Origin: Acholeplasma laidlawii PG-8A
GTDB lineage: Bacteria > Bacillota_I > Bacilli_A > Acholeplasmatales > Acholeplasmataceae
NCBI RefSeq assembly: GCF_000018785.1
Contig: NC_010163.1
Span: 1,080,001 to 1,112,000 of the forward strand
Length of the DNA: 32,000 nt
Direction: 5' to 3'
Part shown: piece by piece, positions 9,206 to 17,763 of the stretch
Position numbering within the stretch: position 1 is the first letter of the stretch
How the letters are laid out: each line of letters starts with the position of its first letter
Notes under the pieces: model-generated
Seen by the model: only the letters and a program-made list of their open reading frames with translations
What the model was told of the DNA's origin: nothing
The model's database searches: none
Translations under genes and position numbers: made by a program

Positions 9206-9766
9206 TCACCTCTCTTCCATAATTACTTTAATGTAGTAATGTAATGTAATATATATTTGTAAACCAGTTAGTATAGTTAAAATCAGCACACCATTATGAT
9301 TATCTGAATAATTCAGATAAATCGTAAACATGACGTTAATTAGCATAGTTAACAAGAAATCACTAAAATAGATTTTATTATGTTTTGTAGCTAGTATTTT
9401 ATGTCCACCATCACCAAACTGAAAACATATAATAACCACTGTGATCCCAAATCCGAATACTGCAGTGAATATACTTGTTCCATAATTATTTTCAACACCT
9501 TTGATACTAATTGCACTTAAGATACCGATGAGTGCACTCGGCATTTGTAGTGCAAATAAAGACGTTAATCTATATAGTTTATTATTTTTTGACTCTATAA
9601 TGTCTGTTAAAAATGGTAAAAAGAATATCACGAAAATTATCACAACTTTTACAGATGTAATGTTTTCAAAGTATTTCAACTCATAAAATATAAACACTAT
9701 TGGTATTAACAGTAATAATTTTCTAAGAATACTTATTTGTTTTTTTACAAATTTATCATCGCCCAT
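9206..9766 (-). CDS. Multi-TM membrane protein of unknown function
   Basis: 186 aa with about five hydrophobic segments; GTGAGG SD; first gene of the defence cluster. Confidence 0.6.
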   Translation of the reverse strand: MGDDKFVKKQISILRKLLLLIPIVFIFYELKYFENITSVKVVIIFVIFFLPFLTDIIESKNNKLYRLTSLFALQMPSALIGILSAISIKGVENNYGTSIFTAVFGFGITVVIICFQFGDGGHKILATKHNKIYFSDFLLTMLINVMFTIYLNYSDNHNGVLILTILTGLQIYITLHYYIKVIMEER

Positions 9767-9796
9767 TATAGTTCCTCACCTATTATTTAATCTATA

Positions 9797-9932
9797 ATGA
9801 AAAAGACAACCAAAAAAGGTTGTCTTAAATTCATTACATTATTTATTTTACTTATCCAACATTTATACATAAACAAAGAATCCTCCCCTTGGATTATTTA
9901 TTATGTATGTATTGCTCCCCCAAGCCACACAT
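9797..9932 (-). ncRNA. Candidate small RNA or 5' leader (promoter-to-terminator unit)
   Basis: Promoter TTAACA (9961-9966) -16 bp- TACAAT (9939-9944), followed about 110 nt later by the hairpin at 9803-9826. Contains AAGGGGAGGA ribosome-binding-like site and a possible 27-codon ORF. Confidence 0.4.
9803..9826 (-). terminator. Terminator/attenuator hairpin AAGACAACC-aaaaaa-GGTTGTCTT
   Basis: Perfect 9-bp stem with TTTTTC on the minus-strand 3' side; lies upstream of the 186-aa membrane protein gene. Confidence 0.65.
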
Positions 9933-9938
9933 GTCTAC

Positions 9939-9966
9939 ATTGTATCATGTTTTTTTAAAATGTTAA
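9939..9966 (-). promoter_or_regulatory. Putative promoter TTAACA -16 bp- TACAAT
   Basis: Seen directly on the reverse strand. Confidence 0.5.
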
Positions 9967-10050
9967 TAATTTACGGTTCTTAATGCATAAATATATGTCC
10001 ATTTTCCTTGTAAAATACAGTAACTTAAGTATATAACATGAAAAATAGAA

Positions 10051-10080
10051 AAAACCTAACCATTTTACCGGTTAGGTTTT
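10051..10080 (-). terminator. Terminator at end of beta-glucan operon
   Basis: AAAACCTAACC-attttacc-GGTTAGGTTTT, 11-bp perfect stem downstream of the GH94 gene. Confidence 0.75.
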
Positions 10081-10118
10081 CTATCTATAATGTCATACAC
10101 ATATCTTATCCGGGGAGA

Positions 10119-12647
10119 TTAGTCTTGTATATGTATTACATTTTGGTGTTCCAATATGGATTTATTAATATCTATATATAGTAGACCACTTAAAGTATCT
10201 AGTTTAGCTTCGATTACTTTACCATTTAATTTAAATGTTCTATTACCGTTGTTATTGTTTTTATACACGATGCGTGTAAGTTTGTTACCAATACTTACCA
10301 TCAGTGTTGCTTCTTTTGAGAAGAATGCTTTTGATGGACGAAGTCTTAGGTGATCAAACTTTACTTCAAGGCCAAATAAACCACGAATTAAAGTTTTAAG
10401 TAATGTATTTGCAGAACCTGTATACCAGTCACTCATGGACTCACCGTCCATGTTAAGCTCCTCATTGTGTACATATGAGTTTGGCATAATAAATGGTGAT
10501 GTAGACATTTCCTTTTTAGTAATAGGTAAAACTTTCAAGACTTGCTCATTAGCAAAATCTCCTTCACCTAACATATAAAGTGCTAAGACACCAAAAAGTG
10601 TTGCATGTACATAAGTTGCTGCATTTTCAGCTGTACCAGGTGGTAGGTTTATAATACGACCAAATCCGTGGAAGTCTTGCATGGCTGGATCAAATGTTTT
10701 TAGACCATATTTAGAGTCAAGATTATGGAATGCGTGTAATAAATGTGGTTTCATCTCAGGTGTATTTTTAATCATATCTGAGATGATATAAAAAGCATTA
10801 GAGGTTAAGCTATTTCTTGAGTGACCATCCGGGTCATTAAAGCTACCTACAAAGTAACTTCTGTCATGTCCCCAACCATGTAAAACGCGTTTTTCATCTT
10901 GCTTTATTACGACTGCGTATTTATTAATGCCTAAAGATAAATTATGTCTTACCACCTCATATGTGTTAATATGTTCATTTTGAGGATCAACTAGTTTTAA
11001 GATTTCAATCATGCGTTCTAAGTTTTCATATAGTTGGAGTGTTGCCATAACAGAAACACCATTACCATAACCTGAACTACCTTCAATTAAACCTAAGCCA
11101 TCAAGTGCATCATTCCAGTCTCCGTATAATGCCTTTAGGCCATATGTACTTGGATCAATATTAGACACTAAGTAATTAGTAACTCTAATTAAGTGTTCTA
11201 ATACAGAGTTTTCTACTTTAGATTTTTTAGCACTGTTTGGTTCAATACGCTCATAATACCCACATACTTCATTTAAGATATCATAATCCTCAGTATATGC
11301 TAAATAGGTATGAAGGGTTGAAATAATCCATAGACCTTGGTCAATAAATGGTCTTAAATCCATCCTCGGATTACCCTCTTTAGGAGGAAGCGCATATTGT
11401 CTAGGCGGTAATCCGGATGGATCAATAAAGGAAAGGACTTCTAATATTTTACTTCTTACATTTTTTCTATCCCAAATCAGTGATGATTCTAATTGTTGCA
11501 TAACATCTCTAACACCTAAAAATACGGTACCTGAGTTTGAAGATAGGGATGAGAAGTGTATTTGGTAATTAACTAACTTTAAAAACTGATTTAAGACTTT
11601 ATCATCTACTCGATTGTCATTTACACCTTTAAAGGAGATGCCAAAGTTATCAAAATCATAACTTTGAGTATTAGATAAACCTTCATATACTTTTTTAATT
11701 TCTTTATCAGTTAAATCAGATGCCATCATCTTATTTAATGTATCTTTATCGTGGCATGTTTCAATACGGTAACTACTAATGATGGTATCATAGGCTTTCA
11801 CTTCGTAGTTAATTAAATCAGCATTAATTGCAGTATCTGTAAAATTTGTAACAAGGGGTGCTTTTTCAAATTTTAGACTTCGAATGCTTAAAGCATTACG
11901 AACTGATCTATAACGTTTACCTACATAATCAATTCTTGAAGTTGTATTTTGAATGTTTTTAGGTTTTGTATGAAGATGTCTTTTAACCACACCATAATTT
12001 TCAATTCTGGTGTGTCTATCAATATCTTCTGGTGCATCATATATAAACATGTTATTTTCATAACTTACCTTTTTAAACCATTTTGTTTCAATACTTTCAC
12101 CGCTATCATATTTAAATAGCATATTAAAGAATGATGAAAGTGTAATTTGTTTGGTCTCTCCTGTTAGGTTGTGTGCTACTGTATTAAAGTAAATTTTAAA
12201 GTCTTTACTAATATAGACTGTAACCGCATATAAGAAGTTCTTAGTAACTGTAATATAGTAAGCTATATTTTTACTAAACACTGTGTAACGTTTATTTTCT
12301 ATTTCATCATTACGCTCTGATACACCTAGTAAAGACACAGGATATGTGTTGTTACCATCTTGTTCAATTCCAAAAAAATCTAAAAATGGTTCTTTACCTT
12401 CTAAATTTGGCGGTAGTATATAGTAAGATGAATGGTTTATTGAAATATAACCTGATGCATATGCCCAAATGGTCATACCATTTACGGCATATGGAAACCT
12501 AGCTCCACTATTGACAGGATCTGTTATAAGTGTTAATTCATCATCTAAGTAGTAAGCACCACTAGCAAGCTTTGTAATATTTAATTGGCCACTTTCAAAA
12601 AGTGAAATTTTTTGATAAATACTGATTACATCTTGTTTAAGTTTCAT
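10119..12647 (-). CDS. GH94-family glycoside phosphorylase, probable laminaribiose (beta-1,3-glucoside) phosphorylase
   Basis: YGDWNDALDGLG (catalytic Asp context), VLHGWGHDRSYFVGSFNDPDGHSR, FHGFGRIINLPPGTAENAATYVHATLFGVLAL. Context with GH16 and a phosphohexomutase. A GH94 laminaribiose phosphorylase has been characterised from Acholeplasma laidlawii. Confidence 0.85.
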   Translation of the reverse strand: MKLKQDVISIYQKISLFESGQLNITKLASGAYYLDDELTLITDPVNSGARFPYAVNGMTIWAYASGYISINHSSYYILPPNLEGKEPFLDFFGIEQDGNNTYPVSLLGVSERNDEIENKRYTVFSKNIAYYITVTKNFLYAVTVYISKDFKIYFNTVAHNLTGETKQITLSSFFNMLFKYDSGESIETKWFKKVSYENNMFIYDAPEDIDRHTRIENYGVVKRHLHTKPKNIQNTTSRIDYVGKRYRSVRNALSIRSLKFEKAPLVTNFTDTAINADLINYEVKAYDTIISSYRIETCHDKDTLNKMMASDLTDKEIKKVYEGLSNTQSYDFDNFGISFKGVNDNRVDDKVLNQFLKLVNYQIHFSSLSSNSGTVFLGVRDVMQQLESSLIWDRKNVRSKILEVLSFIDPSGLPPRQYALPPKEGNPRMDLRPFIDQGLWIISTLHTYLAYTEDYDILNEVCGYYERIEPNSAKKSKVENSVLEHLIRVTNYLVSNIDPSTYGLKALYGDWNDALDGLGLIEGSSGYGNGVSVMATLQLYENLERMIEILKLVDPQNEHINTYEVVRHNLSLGINKYAVVIKQDEKRVLHGWGHDRSYFVGSFNDPDGHSRNSLTSNAFYIISDMIKNTPEMKPHLLHAFHNLDSKYGLKTFDPAMQDFHGFGRIINLPPGTAENAATYVHATLFGVLALYMLGEGDFANEQVLKVLPITKKEMSTSPFIMPNSYVHNEELNMDGESMSDWYTGSANTLLKTLIRGLFGLEVKFDHLRLRPSKAFFSKEATLMVSIGNKLTRIVYKNNNNGNRTFKLNGKVIEAKLDTLSGLLYIDINKSILEHQNVIHIQD

Positions 12648-12651
12648 GTTA

Positions 12652-14025
12652 TCATATTCCTTTTAGTATATTTTTTAATGATTCGATAATGGATTCACTT
12701 TTTGACACATCATTTGTTTCAACAAATATTCTTAAGAGTGGCTCAGTACCTGAGAATCTTAAGAGTATCCATTCATCATTTTCTAGTACATATTTATAAT
12801 TTGATTTATATTGAATCACTTGTTTGAATTCAAATGGTAGGTTTGTCTTTTTATTGAGAAAATCTATAAGTTTTTCTCTGTCGTCAAATACCATTTCTGC
12901 TTCTTTTGTATATCTATAAAAGTTTGCAAATTCACGTACTTCAGCTACAATCTGTGAAAGTGGTTTTGCAAGTTTTGTTACAATCTCTATCATTAAGAGC
13001 GCGGATAAGGTAGAGTCTTTACCCTTAACATAATCTCTAATGGTAAGACCTCCTGAGGATTCACCACCAATTAAAGCATCATGCTGCATCATTCCAGCTG
13101 ATATATTTTTAAATCCTACATCGACGGTATGCGCTTTAAATTTTAGCTTTTTTGCAAGTGCATCAATAAGGTTAGAGGTTGCAATATTTTTTACAATATC
13201 ACCAGACAAGTGTCTGTGTTTTACTAGATAATAATAAATAACTGCAAGTATTTCATTATTATCTACAAAGTTACCGTGCTCATCGATCATACCCAGTCTA
13301 TCTGCATCTGAATCCAGACCCATAATAAGCTCATAACCTTTTTCCTTTTGAAGTTCCCGGTTTACGCCAATAACTTCTTCTAAAGGGTTTGGCAGGATAT
13401 AGTTAAAGTTAGGCGTTTGATCCCCTCTTAAAAACTCTAAGTTTACTAAATTATAGTAACGTTTAAAATAAGGAATTGTCTTTACACCTGTACCATGTAT
13501 AAAGTCTACTAATATCTTATTTTCAGCATTTGGTTTAATATCAATGAATTTTTTGACAAAGTTAAAGTAAGGTGATAAAAAATCAATTTTAACAACTTCT
13601 TTTATATCACGCTTATTTAATGAACCCGGTTCATTAATTAACTTTTCCAAATGGTTTGTTGCTTCTTCACTGGCATCTACTCCATGTTCAAAAAGTTTAA
13701 CACCATTATAATTATATGGATTATGAGATGCAGTGATCATCATGCCAATTGAAATATTTAAGTAACGTGCCATATACATCGCAACCGGTGTTGGTGTAGC
13801 ATCATCACTTAAATACACTTTAATACCGGCAGCAGATAATACTTCAGCAATTAAATTAGCTGTCTCTTCTGAATAGGCTCTAAAGTCATAAGATAAAGAC
13901 ACTTCTTTCTTATATTGTTTTTCTTTAATGTATTTATAGATACCTGTTGCGATTTTAACAATATTTTCCGGAATGAAATCTTTTCCGATAATTCCCCTAA
14001 ATCCACCGGTAGTAAATCTAATCAT
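12652..14025 (-). CDS. Phosphoglucomutase/phosphomannomutase family (alpha-D-phosphohexomutase)
   Basis: GMMITASHNPYNYNGVKLF; LGMDSDADRLGMID; GGESSGGLTIRDYVKGKD; LRFSGTEPLLRIFVE. ATG 14025 has an AAGGTG SD. Confidence 0.93.
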   Translation of the reverse strand: MIRFTTGGFRGIIGKDFIPENIVKIATGIYKYIKEKQYKKEVSLSYDFRAYSEETANLIAEVLSAAGIKVYLSDDATPTPVAMYMARYLNISIGMMITASHNPYNYNGVKLFEHGVDASEEATNHLEKLINEPGSLNKRDIKEVVKIDFLSPYFNFVKKFIDIKPNAENKILVDFIHGTGVKTIPYFKRYYNLVNLEFLRGDQTPNFNYILPNPLEEVIGVNRELQKEKGYELIMGLDSDADRLGMIDEHGNFVDNNEILAVIYYYLVKHRHLSGDIVKNIATSNLIDALAKKLKFKAHTVDVGFKNISAGMMQHDALIGGESSGGLTIRDYVKGKDSTLSALLMIEIVTKLAKPLSQIVAEVREFANFYRYTKEAEMVFDDREKLIDFLNKKTNLPFEFKQVIQYKSNYKYVLENDEWILLRFSGTEPLLRIFVETNDVSKSESIIESLKNILKGI

Positions 14026-14027
14026 TT

Positions 14028-16484
14028 TCAATTCACCTTGTGTGTTAAATTTATAAATAAATCATCATATGTGATATTTGTTCCCTCAAAAATCACATTG
14101 ATGGCTCTAGTGCCTTCCACTAGATTAATTACGGATGTAAAGTTTGTAAATGTATTCGCGTTTAAGTTTGATACAATAATATCTTCACCACTTATCACAT
14201 TTAAATCTTTATCTAAATACTCAATACGTACAACTGCGTTATTTGAAGCTTTGGCTTTGAGTTTAAGTGTGAGTTCAAAGGCATCATTTAACCCTGTAAT
14301 AAGGGACTCAGCACTGCCAAGTAAACCAGTTTTTAATTCACCATTTGAAATCACTGCATCCCCTGTTAACATATAACCTGTTTCATAATCTAGATCACCG
14401 TGTGGTAAAAGGTTAGAAACTGGTTTTTTTATTGGCGCTGTTGGGTAAAATGCTGTTGGAGAGGATGCCCCAGTTGGACCAACAACATACGGATGATCCG
14501 GGAATGACTCATATTTGAAATATTCAACTTCTAAATAATCTGTTTCAAAGTTTGGATCTCCTGCCCAGTTATTTGGAAACCATACACCAATCCAGTATCT
14601 TGCAGACATCGTTGGAACTTTAGTATGTTCTGTATATGCAAGTTTGCCATCGATAAAGTATTTAATATGAGGCGTCGGTAGTGTATGCCATTCAAAACGG
14701 TATATATGCCAGTTTCCATCATTATGGAAACTATCCATTTGATGGGTGTGGTTGTTATAGTTTGTTTCGGTTAACCAGTTGGTTAACCAAACTGTACTAA
14801 AATCATTGCCTACGTTAAACTCAAAATCAATTTCACTATTAATACCATCTAAGTAGTTAAATGTCCAAAATGCTGTTGTTGCCCCAAAACGTGGCATGAT
14901 TTTAGCTTTTACTTCAAAAGATCCTGGGCCAAATGCTTCTTTAGTATAGATAGCTCCCCCAGTGCGTTTTCCATTATTTTGTTCAACACCTTTTAATGGA
15001 CCTTCATAGTAATCACCATTGGCTTGAATGAGTAAATTACCTTCTTCTGTGTAGTGTACGTTTTGGAAGATTACACCACCATGATGTGTACCTCCCCAAC
15101 GTTGATTTGCAACAGCCCAAACATTGGAGTCAATACCATTTTTAAAATCTATGTTTAAACGTTGCACATCATCACCTTCTTCTACGATTTCGGGCCTGGG
15201 TTTTTTAGTTAGGTTAAAGAATAAATCATCGAAGTAAATACCAGAATCTCCTCCAATTAAAGACACTTCAACACGTTTAGTTCCAAGAGGTACATTAAAG
15301 GTAAATTCTTTACCATAGAATGTATCTGCTATAAAATCTTCATCGCTTGAGTTAAACTCAATCATATACTGATCAATTTTTTGTGTCTCTGCTGGGTAGA
15401 ACTCTAATAAGACATATCCACTACCATTTAAAGGTAGTTTTGCATGTGCACTAAATGTCATTTCAAATGTTTCATCTAATCCTGTGACAAATTGATATGC
15501 AATATCATTTTGTGGAACAAAGATTCCTCTTGATCCGTTTAAGCCTTCACCTTCTAGTAGTTCCACACCACTAGTTACAGGATAACGCCAAGCTGGAGCA
15601 TCTGTTTCAAAACCTGCATTTGAAATGAGGTTTGCTATTGGATGTTCAATCGCCTCTGATGGATAAAAGTTTGAAGGACTTTGATTATTTGCTGGCGTTG
15701 GTGTATATGGTTGTTCTTTAAATGGTGTATATTTGAACCAGTCTACATAGGTATAGTCTGTTTCAAAATCAGGTACACCTGCCCATGCATCTGGAAACCA
15801 GTTACCAATATTAAATTCTCCTGCATGATCTGGTACATAAGAAGATTGTGATGAAACTAATACATCATCAATATAATAATCAATACGTTTTGGATCTGTA
15901 AACCAGTCAAAACGGTATGTACGCCACTCAAAATCATTTTGTGCAAAATCTAAGGTATTAGACACTGTACTATATTCTGTTAAACTAATCCAGTTTGTAG
16001 TCCATACTTTTCTAAAGTCATTTTCGACGTTACTTTCGATATCTATTTCATGGTTCATACCATTATCATAATAGTAAGTCCACATAGCAGTAGTTGAACC
16101 AAAACGTGGCATAATACGCATACGTACTTCAAATCTACCAGGACCTAGTGCTTCTCTTGTTGTAATCATTGCACCTGTACGTCTGCCATGATTATTTCCA
16201 ATACCACGAAGTGGACCATCATACAAGTCACCATTGGTTTGAAGAACTACAATACCGTCATTTGTGTAATGGACGTTTTCATAGATGACACCACCATTAC
16301 CTACACCCCACTTACTATTACCAATAACCCACATATTCGGGTCAATTCCGTTATCAAAATCATCAAATACAATATTCTCTAAATCTAGATATTTATCTGG
16401 ATCAAATTTTGGTTCTTCTTTTTCTACACAACTTACCAATAGGATAGAAAGTAGAAAAATCATGATTAAGCTTATTTTCTTCAT
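14028..16484 (-). CDS. Secreted lipoprotein with two tandem GH16 (laminarinase/endo-beta-1,3-glucanase) domains and interspersed CBM-like beta-sandwich domains
   Basis: Lipobox LLSILLVSC; GH16 catalytic motifs MNHEIDIESN and INSEIDFEFN; repeated GxxxxNxGRRTGA / NNGKRTGGAIYTKEAFGPGSFEVKAKIMPRFGATTAFW. ATG 16484 with AAAGGAC SD (ORF track start 16526 is too far upstream). Confidence 0.9.
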   Translation of the reverse strand: MKKISLIMIFLLSILLVSCVEKEEPKFDPDKYLDLENIVFDDFDNGIDPNMWVIGNSKWGVGNGGVIYENVHYTNDGIVVLQTNGDLYDGPLRGIGNNHGRRTGAMITTREALGPGRFEVRMRIMPRFGSTTAMWTYYYDNGMNHEIDIESNVENDFRKVWTTNWISLTEYSTVSNTLDFAQNDFEWRTYRFDWFTDPKRIDYYIDDVLVSSQSSYVPDHAGEFNIGNWFPDAWAGVPDFETDYTYVDWFKYTPFKEQPYTPTPANNQSPSNFYPSEAIEHPIANLISNAGFETDAPAWRYPVTSGVELLEGEGLNGSRGIFVPQNDIAYQFVTGLDETFEMTFSAHAKLPLNGSGYVLLEFYPAETQKIDQYMIEFNSSDEDFIADTFYGKEFTFNVPLGTKRVEVSLIGGDSGIYFDDLFFNLTKKPRPEIVEEGDDVQRLNIDFKNGIDSNVWAVANQRWGGTHHGGVIFQNVHYTEEGNLLIQANGDYYEGPLKGVEQNNGKRTGGAIYTKEAFGPGSFEVKAKIMPRFGATTAFWTFNYLDGINSEIDFEFNVGNDFSTVWLTNWLTETNYNNHTHQMDSFHNDGNWHIYRFEWHTLPTPHIKYFIDGKLAYTEHTKVPTMSARYWIGVWFPNNWAGDPNFETDYLEVEYFKYESFPDHPYVVGPTGASSPTAFYPTAPIKKPVSNLLPHGDLDYETGYMLTGDAVISNGELKTGLLGSAESLITGLNDAFELTLKLKAKASNNAVVRIEYLDKDLNVISGEDIIVSNLNANTFTNFTSVINLVEGTRAINVIFEGTNITYDDLFINLTHKVN

Positions 16485-16497
16485 ATATTTGTCCTTT

Positions 16498-17667
16498 TTA
16501 CTTTTTAGCAACGACACCAAATGCATTGGTTACACCCACATGGATGGCACCATAAATAATGTTTTCATCACCTAGGGTCGTAAACTTAATACTAATGTCT
16601 TTAATCTTTGGATCAAGTCCTTCTAAGACCCAATCGAGATATTGTTGACCTAGTGCTTTAATTCGGCCCCCAACAAAGAATTGTCTGTAGTTAAATATAT
16701 AACTTAAGTTAGAGATTAACTCTCCTAACTTATGTGCAGTATATTTAACAACCTCTAATACTAATGCATCCTTTTCATAGAATGCTTTTACTACATCCCT
16801 ATATCTAAACTTTTCACCAATCATTGTTGATTTCCCCATAAATTGTTGATAAGTTATTTGTTTTTTTATAGAGTTAATCGAACATATAAGGTCATACACT
16901 AAGTTATTACCAAATTGATCATATGTAGAGATAAGTCCAAACTCTGCTGCATATCCATGATCACCTTCAATAATCTTATTTTCATTAAGAATCGCACCAC
17001 CCATACCAGAGTCCACATATATAAGTATTCCATTTTCAGTGATACGCTCTATTTTTCCATAATGCTGCTCACCAATAATTGCTAAGTTAATGTCATTTTT
17101 TAAAATGACATTAAGATGAAGTTTTTCTTCAAAGAATGCTCTAACTGAGACATCTTTAATTAAATTAAACTTCACTGAATTTTCAATTTCATCAGTAAAC
17201 TTATTAATCTGACCAGGTGCAGATACGATAATTGAGATGATACTTAGAAAATCCTTTTCAAATTGTTTTTTCTTATTTAAGATAATTGTGCATATTTCAT
17301 TTAAATCATCTAAGTTTAAAAATTCTCTGTCTTCTATAATCGTTTCATCAAAGATTTCTCCATTTAAATAAGAAAAGACAATTTTAATATAAGTAGATCC
17401 AAATTCAACAACACCTAAAATACCTGCTTCTTGTTTGATTGCATAAAGGGTGCGCTTATATTTTTCATTTTCATTATCGCTGTCTGCTAGATTTTCTACC
17501 AGATTCATACCTTCCATTTCAGAAAGTATCTTGAACACAGCTGTTTTAGATAATTTAAGGGCTTTTGCAATATGTGTTGCAGATAATTTTTTTGTGTATA
17601 AGAGTCTTAAGATAGACTCGATATTATTTTCCCTAATACCAGTATTTTTTACACCTTGTGCTGTCAT
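16498..17667 (-). CDS. ROK-family transcriptional regulator
   Basis: N-terminal wHTH (LLYTKKLSATHIAKALKLSKTAVFKILSEM) plus ROK/ASKHA domain (GVVEFGSTYIKI; ILIYVDSGMGGAILNENKIIEGDHGYAAEFG). Lacks the CxCGxxGC zinc motif. Confidence 0.88.
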   Translation of the reverse strand: MTAQGVKNTGIRENNIESILRLLYTKKLSATHIAKALKLSKTAVFKILSEMEGMNLVENLADSDNENEKYKRTLYAIKQEAGILGVVEFGSTYIKIVFSYLNGEIFDETIIEDREFLNLDDLNEICTIILNKKKQFEKDFLSIISIIVSAPGQINKFTDEIENSVKFNLIKDVSVRAFFEEKLHLNVILKNDINLAIIGEQHYGKIERITENGILIYVDSGMGGAILNENKIIEGDHGYAAEFGLISTYDQFGNNLVYDLICSINSIKKQITYQQFMGKSTMIGEKFRYRDVVKAFYEKDALVLEVVKYTAHKLGELISNLSYIFNYRQFFVGGRIKALGQQYLDWVLEGLDPKIKDISIKFTTLGDENIIYGAIHVGVTNAFGVVAKK

Positions 17668-17763
17668 TTTTTAAATCTCCTTTATTCCTAATTTATTAAC
17701 ATACTGATTAGGCAAACCACTTGCATAAGTGATTTGCCCAACCAATATTCATTTATATATCTG

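Noticed and set aside
8002-9766. CBASS system (CD-NTase plus membrane effector)
   Set aside because: The NTase lacks the typical GS-[x]-SD[V/I]D spacing of CD-NTases, and no Cap or SAVED/TM effector signature could be recognised. Kept only as an untested alternative.
12600-14376. Antisense ORFs 13040-13231 and 13915-14376 opposite the mutase and GH16 genes
   Set aside because: They mirror high-confidence coding genes on the other strand and show no recognisable domain.
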